This document shows, one piece after another, positions 32,372 through 42,824 of a stretch of DNA of 64,000 bases. The first letter of the stretch is position 1, and each line of letters starts with the position of its first letter. A model generated the notes under the pieces. It made no database searches and was not told the origin of the DNA. It was given only the letters and a program-made list of their open reading frames with translations. Source of the DNA: Verrucomicrobiota bacterium (GTDB lineage: Bacteria > Verrucomicrobiota > Verrucomicrobiia > Opitutales > Cerasicoccaceae); NCBI GenBank assembly GCA_039818205.1, contig JBCBUK010000003.1:160001-224000 (forward strand), written 5' to 3'. The position numbers and the translations under genes were made by a program.

Positions 32372-33817
32372 GTGACAATGCAGTTTCTCATTGGCTTACT
32401 ACTGGGTGCGATGAGCGGGTGGCTGTTCATGCGGCTGTCGGCTCGTGGCAAGCATGAGAAACTTCAAGAGGAAATTCGACTGCTCCAGCAGGAGAAGCAG
32501 ATCGTGGTTGAGTTCATGCACAACCTGGTTGAAGCGATTGGTGATGGGGTCAACCGGGAGGAGCTTTTTCAACGAATTGTTCATGCAGCAATTTTAAGCA
32601 CGGGTGCGTTGAGTGCCTGTGTTTTCATCCGGTCGGAGAACGGGAAGCTCCGCGGAGTTGCGGTCGAGGGGCTGTTTCCACCCCAGCGAGCTTTGGTCGG
32701 GAAATCCCTTGGTCGTGCATCAACCCGCGCGAAATTTATCGAGGGTATCTTGCGCTCGGAGGAGTTCGATATGGGTGAGGGCGTTATTGGTTCGGTGGCG
32801 AAGTCTGGAAAAGCCCTATTGATCGAAGATGCTTCCAAAGACCCACGAATCGTTCAGCACGAGGATGCTTCGCTGCGGGTGCGTTCGCTAGTTGTCGCAC
32901 CTATTCCCTTCCGCGAAGAAGTTCTGGGGGTGTTGGCGGTTGCCAATCCGGCGGATGGTCTGTCGTTTAACGAGACCGACTTTTCGTTGATCCAGTCATT
33001 GGCTGAGCAAGCTGGGTTGGCCATCCACAATTCGGACTTGATCCAGGTGCAAATGGAGAAGCAGAAGTTGGATTTTGATATATCCATGGCGAGCAGCATT
33101 CAGGGCATGATTTTGCCCAAGAAGTTTCCTGATTTGCCTGGGCTGAGCATCGATGCCTTTTACCGGCCGGCTCAGAAAATTGGTGGCGATCTTTACGACG
33201 TATTCAAGCTGGATGAGAATCGTGTCGCTATGGCGATTGCCGATGTCTCTGGGAAAGGTTTGCCCGCTTCGCTGCTAATGACGATTTGCCAAACAAACTT
33301 GCGCCACCTGGCTCGCCAAGGAGGGTCACCGGCCGAGATTCTACGCCTATTGAATCAGGAGATGGCACCGGAGATGCGGCAGGATATGTTCATCACGCTC
33401 ATTTATGCCGTTCTAGATATGGAACGGGAGGAGATTACCTTTGCCCGGGCAGGGCATGAGTTAATGCTGATGATCCACGACAATGGAATTGGCAAGGATG
33501 TGACGAGCGAGATGCTCGGCTCGGAAGGCATGGCAATCGGTATGGTGCCTAGCGAGGTTTTCGATGAGTTTATTGAAGACCGAACCGTTCCTTTTCAAAA
33601 AGGGGATACGGCAGTGTTTTACACCGACGGTGTAACGGAAGCGTGCAACAATACCGGCGACGAATTCAGCGGTGAGCGCTTGGCTGAGATTGCCCGCACC
33701 TTGAAGGATCGTTCTGCTAAAGACCTCAAGCGTGGCATTGTATCAACGGTCGAGGAGTTTATCGGGGGCGGGATGTTTCACGACGATCTGACCCTCATCG
33801 TAGCGAAGCACGTATAA
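32372..33817 (+). CDS. GAF + SpoIIE/PP2C serine phosphatase (RsbU-like), membrane-anchored
   Basis: N-terminal TM, GAF domain, IGGDLYD, IADVSGKG, ARAGH, YTDGVTE, DDLT. Confidence 0.9.
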   Translation: MTMQFLIGLLLGAMSGWLFMRLSARGKHEKLQEEIRLLQQEKQIVVEFMHNLVEAIGDGVNREELFQRIVHAAILSTGALSACVFIRSENGKLRGVAVEGLFPPQRALVGKSLGRASTRAKFIEGILRSEEFDMGEGVIGSVAKSGKALLIEDASKDPRIVQHEDASLRVRSLVVAPIPFREEVLGVLAVANPADGLSFNETDFSLIQSLAEQAGLAIHNSDLIQVQMEKQKLDFDISMASSIQGMILPKKFPDLPGLSIDAFYRPAQKIGGDLYDVFKLDENRVAMAIADVSGKGLPASLLMTICQTNLRHLARQGGSPAEILRLLNQEMAPEMRQDMFITLIYAVLDMEREEITFARAGHELMLMIHDNGIGKDVTSEMLGSEGMAIGMVPSEVFDEFIEDRTVPFQKGDTAVFYTDGVTEACNNTGDEFSGERLAEIARTLKDRSAKDLKRGIVSTVEEFIGGGMFHDDLTLIVAKHV

Positions 33818-33848
33818 AAAAACACGCCCTCGAGTTGAAGGCGTGTTT
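33816..33848 (-). terminator. Terminator between convergent PP2C and pfp genes
   Basis: AAACACGCC / GGCGTGTTT stem; A-run at 33816-33822 gives a U-tract on the minus strand. Confidence 0.7.
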
Positions 33849-33871
33849 CCAGGAAAGTGGACCGGGTTGCG

Positions 33872-35134
33872 CTAGCTGACCTGGTATGGTGGCAGTTCCT
33901 TGGATACGCGTGATGGCTTGAAGGCCATGTATTTGGGCGTGCCGTTTTCGTAAGGAACTTCGACCTCTCCTTGGATCAATGGGTTCGCATACTTGAAGAA
34001 CTGGAAGTTGATGCTTACGCCGTCCTCGTTGATCCATTGGGTTGGGAATGGCTTCACGTTGTTGGCAACGTCTTCCAAATTGGCGAGGCCGGTTTCGCAG
34101 CCGTAGAAGTCGCTATCGGTGCGGATCAAGGTGATCATCTTGTCCGTTTCACCGTCGATCGCGGCCTTAACTGCGGCTTGTCCGGCCAAGAACGCTTCGT
34201 CGTTGTCGGTTTGTGAAGAGCAATGAGCCGCGGCGCGCTGGGCAATACCGAGCTTGCAGGAACGTGCTTTGACGCCTGCCAAATTTTGCTCTACGAGATC
34301 GCGCAAGTGTTCGCCGACGCCGCCGAGAGCATTGTGGCCAAAGTCATCTTGAGACTGCGCTGCTGCAATATAGTTACCGTCCTGGTCGGTCAGGCCTTCG
34401 CCCACAACAACCATGCAATATTTGGACTTACGGAGAACTTCTTGGACGCGGGCAACGAATACTTGTGGGTCAAAGCGAACCTCTGGCATCAAAACCAGAT
34501 GAGGTGGATCGTCGACCTCGTTACGGCGTTTGGCGAGGCTGGCACCAGCGGTGATCCATCCCGCATTGCGACCCATAACTTCTACGATCGAAACGAAATC
34601 GTGGCGACCCATGGACTCATTGTCCAAAGCGATTTCCTTCACCGTGGTCGCAATATATTTGATTACGCTTCCGTAGCCAGGGCAGTGGTCGGTGATGGGT
34701 AGATCGTTGTCGACTGTCTTCGGAATTCCGATCACGCGGAGGCCGTAGCCCTTCTCGCGAGCTGCTTCGGAAATCTTGTTTGCGGTGTCCTGAGAATCAT
34801 TGCCGCCGATGTAGAAAAAGTAGCGAATATTGTGAGCCTGAAACACCTGGAGTACCCGCTCATAATCCTCACCGCTACTCATTTGGTAGCGGCAGGAACC
34901 CAAGGACGAGCCGGGCGTATACCGGAGGCCGCGAATGGCCTGTTGAGACTCTTCTGCCAAGTCAATCAGCTCTTCATTTAGGATGCCTTGAATGCCATTG
35001 AGGCCGCCATAAATTTCTTCGATGCACCCGTGGTTGAGTGCTTCGGTAACGACACCAGCTAAGCTGGCGTTAATGACTGCGGTCGGTCCGCCCGATTGGG
35101 CGACGAGGACATTGCCGTTTAATTCTTCTGACAT
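33872..35134 (-). CDS. pfp: Phosphofructokinase, probably PPi-dependent
   Basis: QSGGPTAVIN, IGGNDS (Asp) and PKTVDND (Lys) are the PPi-type signatures; EVMGR. Start ATG 35134. Confidence 0.88.
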   Translation of the reverse strand: MSEELNGNVLVAQSGGPTAVINASLAGVVTEALNHGCIEEIYGGLNGIQGILNEELIDLAEESQQAIRGLRYTPGSSLGSCRYQMSSGEDYERVLQVFQAHNIRYFFYIGGNDSQDTANKISEAAREKGYGLRVIGIPKTVDNDLPITDHCPGYGSVIKYIATTVKEIALDNESMGRHDFVSIVEVMGRNAGWITAGASLAKRRNEVDDPPHLVLMPEVRFDPQVFVARVQEVLRKSKYCMVVVGEGLTDQDGNYIAAAQSQDDFGHNALGGVGEHLRDLVEQNLAGVKARSCKLGIAQRAAAHCSSQTDNDEAFLAGQAAVKAAIDGETDKMITLIRTDSDFYGCETGLANLEDVANNVKPFPTQWINEDGVSINFQFFKYANPLIQGEVEVPYENGTPKYMAFKPSRVSKELPPYQVS

Positions 35135-35298
35135 AGCTATTTTGAGATTGGGACCTAAGCAAAATTGATCGGGTCTGGAGCAAAACCGCAGACTCTGCCG
35201 ATGCCGTATTTTCAATGCAACTTAAAAAGCGTCACAAGTCATTAGCGTGTCCGGTGGGTTTTTCTGAATCCCACAGTTGAGTCACAATAATCAACTAA

Positions 35299-36906
35299 CT
35301 ATGAACGGCTTGTACGCTCGATATGGGCATCTTCGATCGAGGTTAGCAGCCGATTCGCCAGCCAGATGACCCGTTCGCAACCCCCAAGGAGGTGGAGGGC
35401 AGCTGCTTGCCGTTCCCGATCGCTATTGTCGGGCGGCTCGAGAAAGTTTTCGCGCAGACGGGCGAGGGCGCCACCGCCGTCAGCGGTGATCTGTACGGCT
35501 AGTGTCAGGTCGTCTTGATCCAGGGTTATGATCGCGTCGAGCACCGTTAACCAGGCGGCCTCTAGTCCTTCGAGGGTTCGATGGGCGAGTGAGTCACTCC
35601 CAAGCGCTTGCTGCTTCGCGCGGGGTAGCACTTGAAAGAATTCTCGCTCGAGGGCACAGAGCAGATCATGCCGCTCCAGCGCTCGGGCAAGAGCACCTGC
35701 AGTTTCCCCGCTTTGACGCTGACTCATCAACGAGTGGAGTACCTGTGATACCTCGTCGGCAACGGAATCAAATGCCCGGTGGATTCCAATGGCGGCCGAT
35801 GGGGCGTTGCCTTCCGGGCCTGCGGGCAAGCGAAAGTATCGCGAGAGGCGATCCGCTAAGCGTCGGTGTTCCTGTTCAATCAAATCTAGGCATGCCGACG
35901 GGTCCTCTTCACACCGTGGGTAGAGGTATTTGGGGCGATCCTCCGTTTCATGGGCGTCGGGTGGGTACTGTCTGGCCAAAACGCCAGCCAGTTTTCGCTC
36001 GAAGGGGAGTGTCGCGGAGCTGGCTACCACGCACCAAATCAAGTTGGCGAGGGCGAGGATTTGGGCCAGCGGAAGCCCCGTTTTGTTTAAGAGCGCGATC
36101 ACCAGGGGAATGCCACCCCAGATCTCAATAAAGAAAAGTGGCACGAGCACGGCCGTTCCAATCCAGCCGTAGTAGACTTGAAACATCGCCATTTGCTTGG
36201 CGGTGCCTTTTAGTCGAAGGGTTAATAGATGGGTGATGAGGCTAGCTCCAAGATTGACGCCGTAGATGGCGATGATTGCCTCGTCTTCACCAAGCATATC
36301 GGCGCGAGCTAGGACGATCGTTACGAGAACGACCGCATTTCCGGATTGGGCCAAAAGGGTGAGGAGAGTGCCGACTAAGAATACTGCAATGTATTGACCA
36401 TGAGACATTTCCAGTAATCGACGGAACCAATCATACTGCTGCAGATGCTCGCCGGTTTCCTGCATCAAAAACAGTCCGTAGAACAATAGGCCCATGCCGA
36501 AAATGAACCCAACGGCATGTCGCCAATTGCGGGGTCGCTGGAAGGCATACAGGATACCGGCCAAGCCGACAACGTAGGCTGTAAAGACATCCAGAGGCAG
36601 CGTCAGGAAGAAGATCAGGACACAGGTGCCGGGGTTTGACCAATTCAATGCGGACAGTGCGCGGCGGGCGGGCAGCAGACCCGTATTGACCAAGCTAATG
36701 GTCAAATAGGTCACGGCAGACGCGGTTTGTGCGATCGCTCCGACGCAAAACCCCCACCAGGCGGCCTTCCAAACACTATCGGTCAGCCCGGCGAAAATAG
36801 CGCGCAAGCGGCGCCCGGCGATTGACCTTAGGTGGCGATCAAGCAGAGCTGCTCCAACAAAGAAAAGGCCAAGGCCCGCCAACATGTAGCCGAGCAATGT
36901 TGTCAT
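35299..36906 (-). CDS. Na/Pi cotransporter family protein
   Basis: LAGLGLFFVG, repeated QTASA/QSGNA and NPGT/NLGA motifs, cytoplasmic helical C-terminal region. Confidence 0.8.
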   Translation of the reverse strand: MTTLLGYMLAGLGLFFVGAALLDRHLRSIAGRRLRAIFAGLTDSVWKAAWWGFCVGAIAQTASAVTYLTISLVNTGLLPARRALSALNWSNPGTCVLIFFLTLPLDVFTAYVVGLAGILYAFQRPRNWRHAVGFIFGMGLLFYGLFLMQETGEHLQQYDWFRRLLEMSHGQYIAVFLVGTLLTLLAQSGNAVVLVTIVLARADMLGEDEAIIAIYGVNLGASLITHLLTLRLKGTAKQMAMFQVYYGWIGTAVLVPLFFIEIWGGIPLVIALLNKTGLPLAQILALANLIWCVVASSATLPFERKLAGVLARQYPPDAHETEDRPKYLYPRCEEDPSACLDLIEQEHRRLADRLSRYFRLPAGPEGNAPSAAIGIHRAFDSVADEVSQVLHSLMSQRQSGETAGALARALERHDLLCALEREFFQVLPRAKQQALGSDSLAHRTLEGLEAAWLTVLDAIITLDQDDLTLAVQITADGGGALARLRENFLEPPDNSDRERQAAALHLLGGCERVIWLANRLLTSIEDAHIERTSRS

Positions 36907-37013
36907 GAGTGGGCAGGCAGGGAGTGTAAACAGTAGGCGCAGAGAGACATAGACGGCGCGTATTCAAACACAGCCGGTCTATTAATCCAGTAAAATTGCG
37001 GATTTCCTCGTGC

Positions 37014-37169
37014 CTAAAAACCAATGCCAATCAGGATGAGCAAGAGTAAGAAGCCCATTCCACCGACGATAGCGTAAAGGGCGCTCTTTTCGCGCCAGCT
37101 CAGATGGAGATACTCTTCATCCTCTGACCAATCCTCCCGATTGTGCGGAAAATGTGGATGCGTGTTCAT
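37014..37169 (-). CDS. Small 51-aa tail-anchored membrane protein
   Basis: Manual translation: MNTHPHFPHNREDWSEDEEYLHLSWREKSALYAIVGGMGFLLLLILIGIGF; below the ORF-track size cutoff. Confidence 0.55.
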   Translation of the reverse strand: MNTHPHFPHNREDWSEDEEYLHLSWREKSALYAIVGGMGFLLLLILIGIGF

Positions 37170-37369
37170 AGAGTAGCGTACGACTGATTAACGTCAATTC
37201 AAGTCGGTTGGTTGTTTATGAGCAGATCTAATTTAAGGGCGATCTGACCCTATTGAATCGCATGTCCTTTTCTATGAAATACGGCGAGGATTAATTACAG
37301 ATACATTACAGACTCGATAGTCTCTTTCTCTTTCCTGCTCTATAATGGCTAAAGATCGGCACTAATATT

Positions 37370-37726
37370 ATGAAAAACCAACTACAATTCCAATTCTGTC
37401 CCGGGAGTCCTGATATGGACGGCGTCTACACTGAGGAAATCTTGGGGGCACTCAATGAAGAGAACCAAGACTTCATTTTAGACTTTTGGCACCTAATACC
37501 TGAAATTATCGAGCAGTTTCCCTGTCGGACAAAAGACATGAGTGGTAGTCGTAAGGCACATGTCATTGGTCAACTCATTCGTGAGCTGGCAATCTGCTAC
37601 AAAATGTATTCGGGCTACCACGATGGCTGGGTGACGACGCTTTGTGTTCGCCTACGTGTTCAAAAGAGATTTCTGGAGATTTCACGCGACCGAAAGCCAC
37701 TCGCACCGGTAGAGCGAGTAGCATAA
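37370..37726 (+). CDS. Hypothetical protein
   Basis: 118-aa ATG ORF with TATAAT at 37341; no recognised motif. Confidence 0.55.
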   Translation: MKNQLQFQFCPGSPDMDGVYTEEILGALNEENQDFILDFWHLIPEIIEQFPCRTKDMSGSRKAHVIGQLIRELAICYKMYSGYHDGWVTTLCVRLRVQKRFLEISRDRKPLAPVERVA

Positions 37727-37933
37727 GGACCTGCAGTGGAGGGGGTTAAGGCCTAGGTGGCCCTGGCTGGGGCTGCCTAGGTTCTTAGTTGAGCTAGGGT
37801 GTTATGACTAGTGTTTTTACTGCCCAGAAGCCATCTTGTATGAGGGAACTCAGGCCTTGAGTCGGATACCGCGGGCGATAGCATATCCGGTCGACTATAT
37901 ACATAGATATTTTTTAAGATTTGATCCAAGAAC

Positions 37934-38968
37934 GTGGGAAAAGCACCGGCCATTTTACCAACAGTCATCGCAATGACATGCGCTGCGGGTTTGGCTATGT
38001 ACCTCCACTTCTCGTTTGATTCTGGCACCGAACCAAGTTCGCCGAGCTCGATGGAGATGGAGCGTTTAAAAACCAGGAATGAGAAACTGCAGGGTCAGGT
38101 CGCGGGATTGCGAGAAGAGCTTCAGGATTTGCGGGAAGCCTTGATCATGGCGGAATTCGATCGTGATCGATTGAAAGATCAGCTCGATGCTTTGGTTGAT
38201 AATCATGAAGAGGAGGGAACGACTCTCGTTGGTTTTTCTGAGATCGATTCTGAAACGTATATTCCGAACCGGCAGGGAGAGTTTATTGATGGGATCGGTT
38301 TCGTTCCTCTACAGTCTGAGGCGCGTCCCTATGGATTGGAAATAGCTGGCCTAGTCCGCGACGTTTCGACGGACGAACGCTCGCGTAAATTTCGGGACGA
38401 GATCTTGCCGGGGATCATCGAGTACATGCAAACAACTGGCCGCGAGGTAATCGCGCAGAACGACCTAACGATTTCACCCGATCAGCTGATTCTCGAGAAT
38501 CCCGCGGACCTTCGGGCCTATTTTATCGGGGAGCAAGGGCAGTTCAATAACTCTATCGGGTTTAACTTGAGTGGACGCGGTATCGAAACCGGTAGCCCGA
38601 AGTTAGTTTTTCCGAATGCGAGTCAGGCCATTTCGGCGATTGCTGATCCTCACTGTTCGCCGTTGCAGACCGGTGATTTCGTTGATCTCGGCCGGGTTCC
38701 ACCAGGAACGCCCTTGGACCTGTTTCTCATCAGCAATGGCGTTCACGATGAAGATGCTCCCGTCTACACCGCTGACCCAACTTTGAATCCAGATAACGCC
38801 GACCACTTAATCGTTCATGGGTTTGCCGGTGATACGATTTTGGTTGGATTCGAAGATTTATATGGGGGAGGCGATCGGAACTTTCGTGATGTGGTGATCG
38901 CGCTCGATATTGGTGCCGAAAACGTTCGGGCATTTATGGAGTCCGATCAGCGGACTGCGTCAAATTGA
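37934..38968 (+). CDS. Membrane-anchored coiled-coil protein with C-terminal DUF4114-like domain
   Basis: N-terminal TM, heptad region, LNPD...H, VGFEDLYGGGDRNFRDVV. Confidence 0.75.
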   Translation: MGKAPAILPTVIAMTCAAGLAMYLHFSFDSGTEPSSPSSMEMERLKTRNEKLQGQVAGLREELQDLREALIMAEFDRDRLKDQLDALVDNHEEEGTTLVGFSEIDSETYIPNRQGEFIDGIGFVPLQSEARPYGLEIAGLVRDVSTDERSRKFRDEILPGIIEYMQTTGREVIAQNDLTISPDQLILENPADLRAYFIGEQGQFNNSIGFNLSGRGIETGSPKLVFPNASQAISAIADPHCSPLQTGDFVDLGRVPPGTPLDLFLISNGVHDEDAPVYTADPTLNPDNADHLIVHGFAGDTILVGFEDLYGGGDRNFRDVVIALDIGAENVRAFMESDQRTASN

Positions 38969-39060
38969 GAAGGGCTTCTGCTTGGGATAAGCACCGCTGT
39001 TTCTTGGTCCAGCTGGGCTTGCCGTGGAATGATTTCGCTGCTTCGATGCATGGTTAACCC

Positions 39061-39744
39061 ATGACACCCGCTCTCATAGACAGCATTTCAGCCGCCTTCA
39101 TTGCGGGCCTCATCACGAGTCCGCATTGTGTTGGCATGTGTGGGCCTATTGGTTGTGCAACTTTGCCGCTGGGCAATTCCGAGACCTCACTTGTTTGGGC
39201 CAGTGCGAGTTATCACTTGGGCCGGTCGATAGCCTATGGATTGATTGGTTGCCTGGCTGGAATGATTGGCGGGCCAGTTCTTGCCGCCTTTGGTGCTTCT
39301 CCTGCGCAGTTTTTACCGTGGATGATGGTGGTGATGCTTCTATTTGTGGCCTTCCGGCTCGACCGCCACCTGCCTAAGCCAAAGGGGTGGAACGGATTCT
39401 TTTTCAAGTTGAATCAGAAAGTGCGGACCTTTCCGCGGTGGACCTTGGGCGGTGGATTGGGCCTGTTAACGCCTTTGCTTCCCTGCGGGCCACTCTATCT
39501 GATCTTCACCGTTGCCCTGTTTTCGGGCTCGGCGATTCGTGGTGCTGAAATCGGTCTTGGCTTTGCCCTGGGGACGATTCCACTTCTGTGGTTAGCGCAG
39601 GCAGGGTATTTTCGTTATCGAGGGAAGCTGTCATCCAAGGGCTTGCGCTGGGTTCAATGTGGATTTGCCCTGGCCGCCGCCGGCTTGATCAGCTGGCGTA
39701 TGATCGCTAGCGGGGGAGAGTTTGGGGAGCAGTTTTGCCATTAA
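39061..39744 (+). CDS. DsbD_2/TauE-like membrane protein (cytochrome oxidase maturation type)
   Basis: SPHCVGMCGP, YHLGR, LLPCG, FALGTIP. Confidence 0.85.
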   Translation: MTPALIDSISAAFIAGLITSPHCVGMCGPIGCATLPLGNSETSLVWASASYHLGRSIAYGLIGCLAGMIGGPVLAAFGASPAQFLPWMMVVMLLFVAFRLDRHLPKPKGWNGFFFKLNQKVRTFPRWTLGGGLGLLTPLLPCGPLYLIFTVALFSGSAIRGAEIGLGFALGTIPLLWLAQAGYFRYRGKLSSKGLRWVQCGFALAAAGLISWRMIASGGEFGEQFCH

Positions 39745-39842
39745 GAAACGCTGATGTTTCATTGGTGTAACCTGGGGGTTTTTCTGGGAGGCGATGGGCG
39801 TTTCCGCGTTGACTCCGGTCGGCTGACAGACACCGTGGTTGT

Positions 39843-40736
39843 GTGCCCCGAAAACGTTCGCATCGTAGCCGTAAGAAGCGGAGCAGAGCACCGCAAATCA
39901 TTGCTGGTTTGTTGGTTTTCTTCTTGGTTCTTGGAGCAGCCTTCATTGTTTGGCTGTCTAAGCAATCGCCGAGTGACGCCGCTGAGTATGCGGATGCCGA
40001 GTTGAGTCCGGAAGCCGTTGAAGAGAAGCCTCAGGATTTTGCTCAGCCGGCCCAATCGGTAAGCGAAATCGTTGATCGATACATTGCGGTTCAAGGCGGC
40101 GTTGATGAGATAAACAAGATCAGTAGTTTGAGGTTTATTGGGGTAATCAGAGAAGCCGGGGAAGAAATCGAATTTGACCAGTTACGCAAAGCGCCGAACC
40201 TCTATCGTTTTACTCTGGAACGAGACGGGCGTGAACTCCGGACGACCACCAACGGCAAACAGGTTTGGCGCGAGCTCGTAGGTCGTGAAGCCACCTATGA
40301 AATCGTTGGGCAGGAAGCGGAAGACTTTATTAATTCGGCCCCCATTCTTGAGAAGATTTGGACCCAGCGTAATGTCCCCGGTGCGCTGAAACTTCTAGAG
40401 GACCAGCCGTTGGATGGGAAAATGCATCACCGTATCAGCGTCAAATTGGCCGGTGGCGGAAAAGAGGTTTATTGGATCGATAACAAGAGTTACCTCGAAT
40501 CGCGGAAGGAAAAATTCAATGCGAAAGGTGACCGAATTACATTGTTCGAGTTCAGTGATTTTCGACCGGTCGGTACCATGAACATTCCCTTTTTTGTAGC
40601 GATTACCAATGAGGGGGCGCCTACTACTGAGGTAACCATCAACAAGGCTGAGATGAACGTGGGTGTGTTCTCCTCTTTCTTTGAACCACCGAAGCAGTTA
40701 CTTCCTTGGCCGGAAAAAGAAACCGCGGCTAATTGA
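39843..40736 (+). CDS. Membrane-anchored protein, possible LolA-like fold
   Basis: Basic N-terminus plus TM; YIAVQGG, YWIDNKSYL, FSDFRPVG, IPF resemble lipoprotein-sorting-like proteins. Confidence 0.55.
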   Translation: MPRKRSHRSRKKRSRAPQIIAGLLVFFLVLGAAFIVWLSKQSPSDAAEYADAELSPEAVEEKPQDFAQPAQSVSEIVDRYIAVQGGVDEINKISSLRFIGVIREAGEEIEFDQLRKAPNLYRFTLERDGRELRTTTNGKQVWRELVGREATYEIVGQEAEDFINSAPILEKIWTQRNVPGALKLLEDQPLDGKMHHRISVKLAGGGKEVYWIDNKSYLESRKEKFNAKGDRITLFEFSDFRPVGTMNIPFFVAITNEGAPTTEVTINKAEMNVGVFSSFFEPPKQLLPWPEKETAAN

Positions 40737-41232
40737 TGTCGCCCAGGTAAATCGGATCAGGGTCGATATTGGAATCCTGAATGAAATCGAGAATTTTGCG
40801 GGGGTAGAAATTTGACTCCGGCAGGTCTTCTAAAGCGATCCATTCGGCACCGATTTGGTTGCGGTCCCCGCAACAATTTAGATCGATTGTAATCCCCTTG
40901 GGCACCTGGCAGTGAAACACGACTTCAAGTTGATGGAAGTTCTTGTGTTTGCTAGCGAAGGAGTGGTTTTTGCCAATGTATTCACGAACATAGGCCAGGG
41001 CGCCAACTTCCGGTTCGAACCCAAGCTCTTCCCGACACTCTCGCTTGAGGGAGTCGATCAAAGTCTCTCCATGCCGTTGTCCACCGCCTGGCAGGATGAA
41101 AAATAATTCTGGCTCGCGGGGTCGCTTCATCTTAATCGCAAGCAATTTCCCGTCGCTGATTATCAGCGCGCGCGAAGCACTGCGCACAGTACGCGCGCCC
41201 GGGAAAAACTGCTCAGGACCAGCCATAGCCAT
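40729..41232 (-). CDS. NUDIX hydrolase
   Basis: Nudix box GGGQRHGETLIDSLKRECREELG. Confidence 0.9.
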   Translation of the reverse strand: MAMAGPEQFFPGARTVRSASRALIISDGKLLAIKMKRPREPELFFILPGGGQRHGETLIDSLKRECREELGFEPEVGALAYVREYIGKNHSFASKHKNFHQLEVVFHCQVPKGITIDLNCCGDRNQIGAEWIALEDLPESNFYPRKILDFIQDSNIDPDPIYLGDIN

Positions 41233-41306
41233 ACTGTCAACCCGCCACTTGTCCCTGGCAAGCAAGATCAAAGAATCAGTTTACTTATCTCGCAAATGTT
41301 AAAAAA

Positions 41307-42743
41307 CTAAACGTCAAGAACCGTCCCTGCCTTGATCTCAGGCTTCGGCGATAGGCTCATCCAGCGAGAAACAAACGCTTCCTGAGTGTCCGCAAACTTG
41401 GGAGTAATCTCAAACTCAAATGGCGGTTGGCCATTTTCGTCTGATGCAATTTCAACTCCTGCCGCCTGCGCCCAGCGGGTGAACTCAGCGAGCTGAGCTT
41501 CCTTACAGGTTTGAGGCGAGTCCACGCCTTCGGCATTCTTTACTGGCGCGAACTCGTCTTCGCGGGTGGTTGCGATGATAACGGGATGTTGGGCGAAGGG
41601 CAGGGCGTCGAAGACGAACATTTCAAACTTAACACCGTTGGGGGTGTCTGGTTTGAAGGGAACGCCGTTTGCGTCCAAAGTGGCGACCTTTTTATCGGCT
41701 CGGTGAAAGGGAAGTGCGGTGTCTGGATTCTCTCCGCCCATGCGCTCGACAAATGCACGATCCAAGGTGTGAATCGCAATGGACCCGGCAATGAAGCGCA
41801 ACTCCCCGGAGCTCGTTGTTTCTTCGCAAAGTTCGTCGGGCATGTCGCTGTATTCGACCACGATCGTTTTGTCGCGCTGGGTGCAAAAGTGCCCAACTTT
41901 TTCGCCAGGGTAGGCTTTGGGCAGCATCTTAGAGGACATTTCACTACCGGCTTGGATGTGGAATCCAATAAGTGCCGGGTCGATGCCGCGGACAAGGGGA
42001 TTGTCGACCTGGAAGTAGCTGATCACATCAATGCCTGCATCCTTCATGATCTCGGTGGATCCGCTGCGGACCAGAGCGCGCAAAGAACCGCCATGTCCAT
42101 CGGGGCTCATCGCGATTTGATCTTTGTCCTGTAGAAGGATCTTACCCTCAAGGTCCACGGCTGGCATCAAACCTTGTTGGAAGAAGTGAACGGTGTCTTC
42201 GCCGAGGCCAAAGAAATCGTTTTCTTTAAAAAACGAAACCGTTGCCTCGTGGTTGAGGTGGCTCGTCATGAGGAACCAAGGAATGTTTGACTCGTAGCGT
42301 CGACGGTTGGCCAAAATGCGTTCGGCGAAAACTTGAAACAGGGTTGCTCTGCGAATCGGGGATACGGGAAAGGTCCCCTTGGGGCCATTGAAGCCAAGGC
42401 GAGTGCCTTGGCCACCGGCTACCGTAAATGCTGCGACTCTTCCAGCGCGAAGGGCCTCCTCACCCACGCAGCGGGCTGAGTGCCAGCGCTGGGGGTCGCC
42501 ACCATGTTCGGGGCGCGGAATGTATGGGGCTGGATGTAGATCGCTGAGATCAACGCCGTGGGCCTCGCCTCCGAGCACCAATTCTTCGTTGAGGCGTTGG
42601 ACCTCGCCCAGATCAATTTGCTCGGCTAGCGCGAGGAGTTTCTCCTTTCCGGCGTCATCCAGTTCGTCCCAATACTGGAAGACTTGGCCTTGGCCGGCTT
42701 GTTCGAAGGTATTTTTGATGGAGTCCGCAGCTGCAGTTGTCAT
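41307..42743 (-). CDS. Eukaryote-type UDP-N-acetylhexosamine pyrophosphorylase (UAP/UDPGP family)
   Basis: AGGQGTRLG..GPKG, SPDGHGG, QVDNPL, VEYSD, KFEMFVFD, EFAPVKNA. Confidence 0.9.
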   Translation of the reverse strand: MTTAAADSIKNTFEQAGQGQVFQYWDELDDAGKEKLLALAEQIDLGEVQRLNEELVLGGEAHGVDLSDLHPAPYIPRPEHGGDPQRWHSARCVGEEALRAGRVAAFTVAGGQGTRLGFNGPKGTFPVSPIRRATLFQVFAERILANRRRYESNIPWFLMTSHLNHEATVSFFKENDFFGLGEDTVHFFQQGLMPAVDLEGKILLQDKDQIAMSPDGHGGSLRALVRSGSTEIMKDAGIDVISYFQVDNPLVRGIDPALIGFHIQAGSEMSSKMLPKAYPGEKVGHFCTQRDKTIVVEYSDMPDELCEETTSSGELRFIAGSIAIHTLDRAFVERMGGENPDTALPFHRADKKVATLDANGVPFKPDTPNGVKFEMFVFDALPFAQHPVIIATTREDEFAPVKNAEGVDSPQTCKEAQLAEFTRWAQAAGVEIASDENGQPPFEFEITPKFADTQEAFVSRWMSLSPKPEIKAGTVLDV

Positions 42744-42824
42744 GGGAATAACGCTAAGACTTGCTTTTGTGACAGGGCAAGCGAAAGACGCCCGTTTTGT
42801 CGGTTACAAAAGCGTTACCCAATC

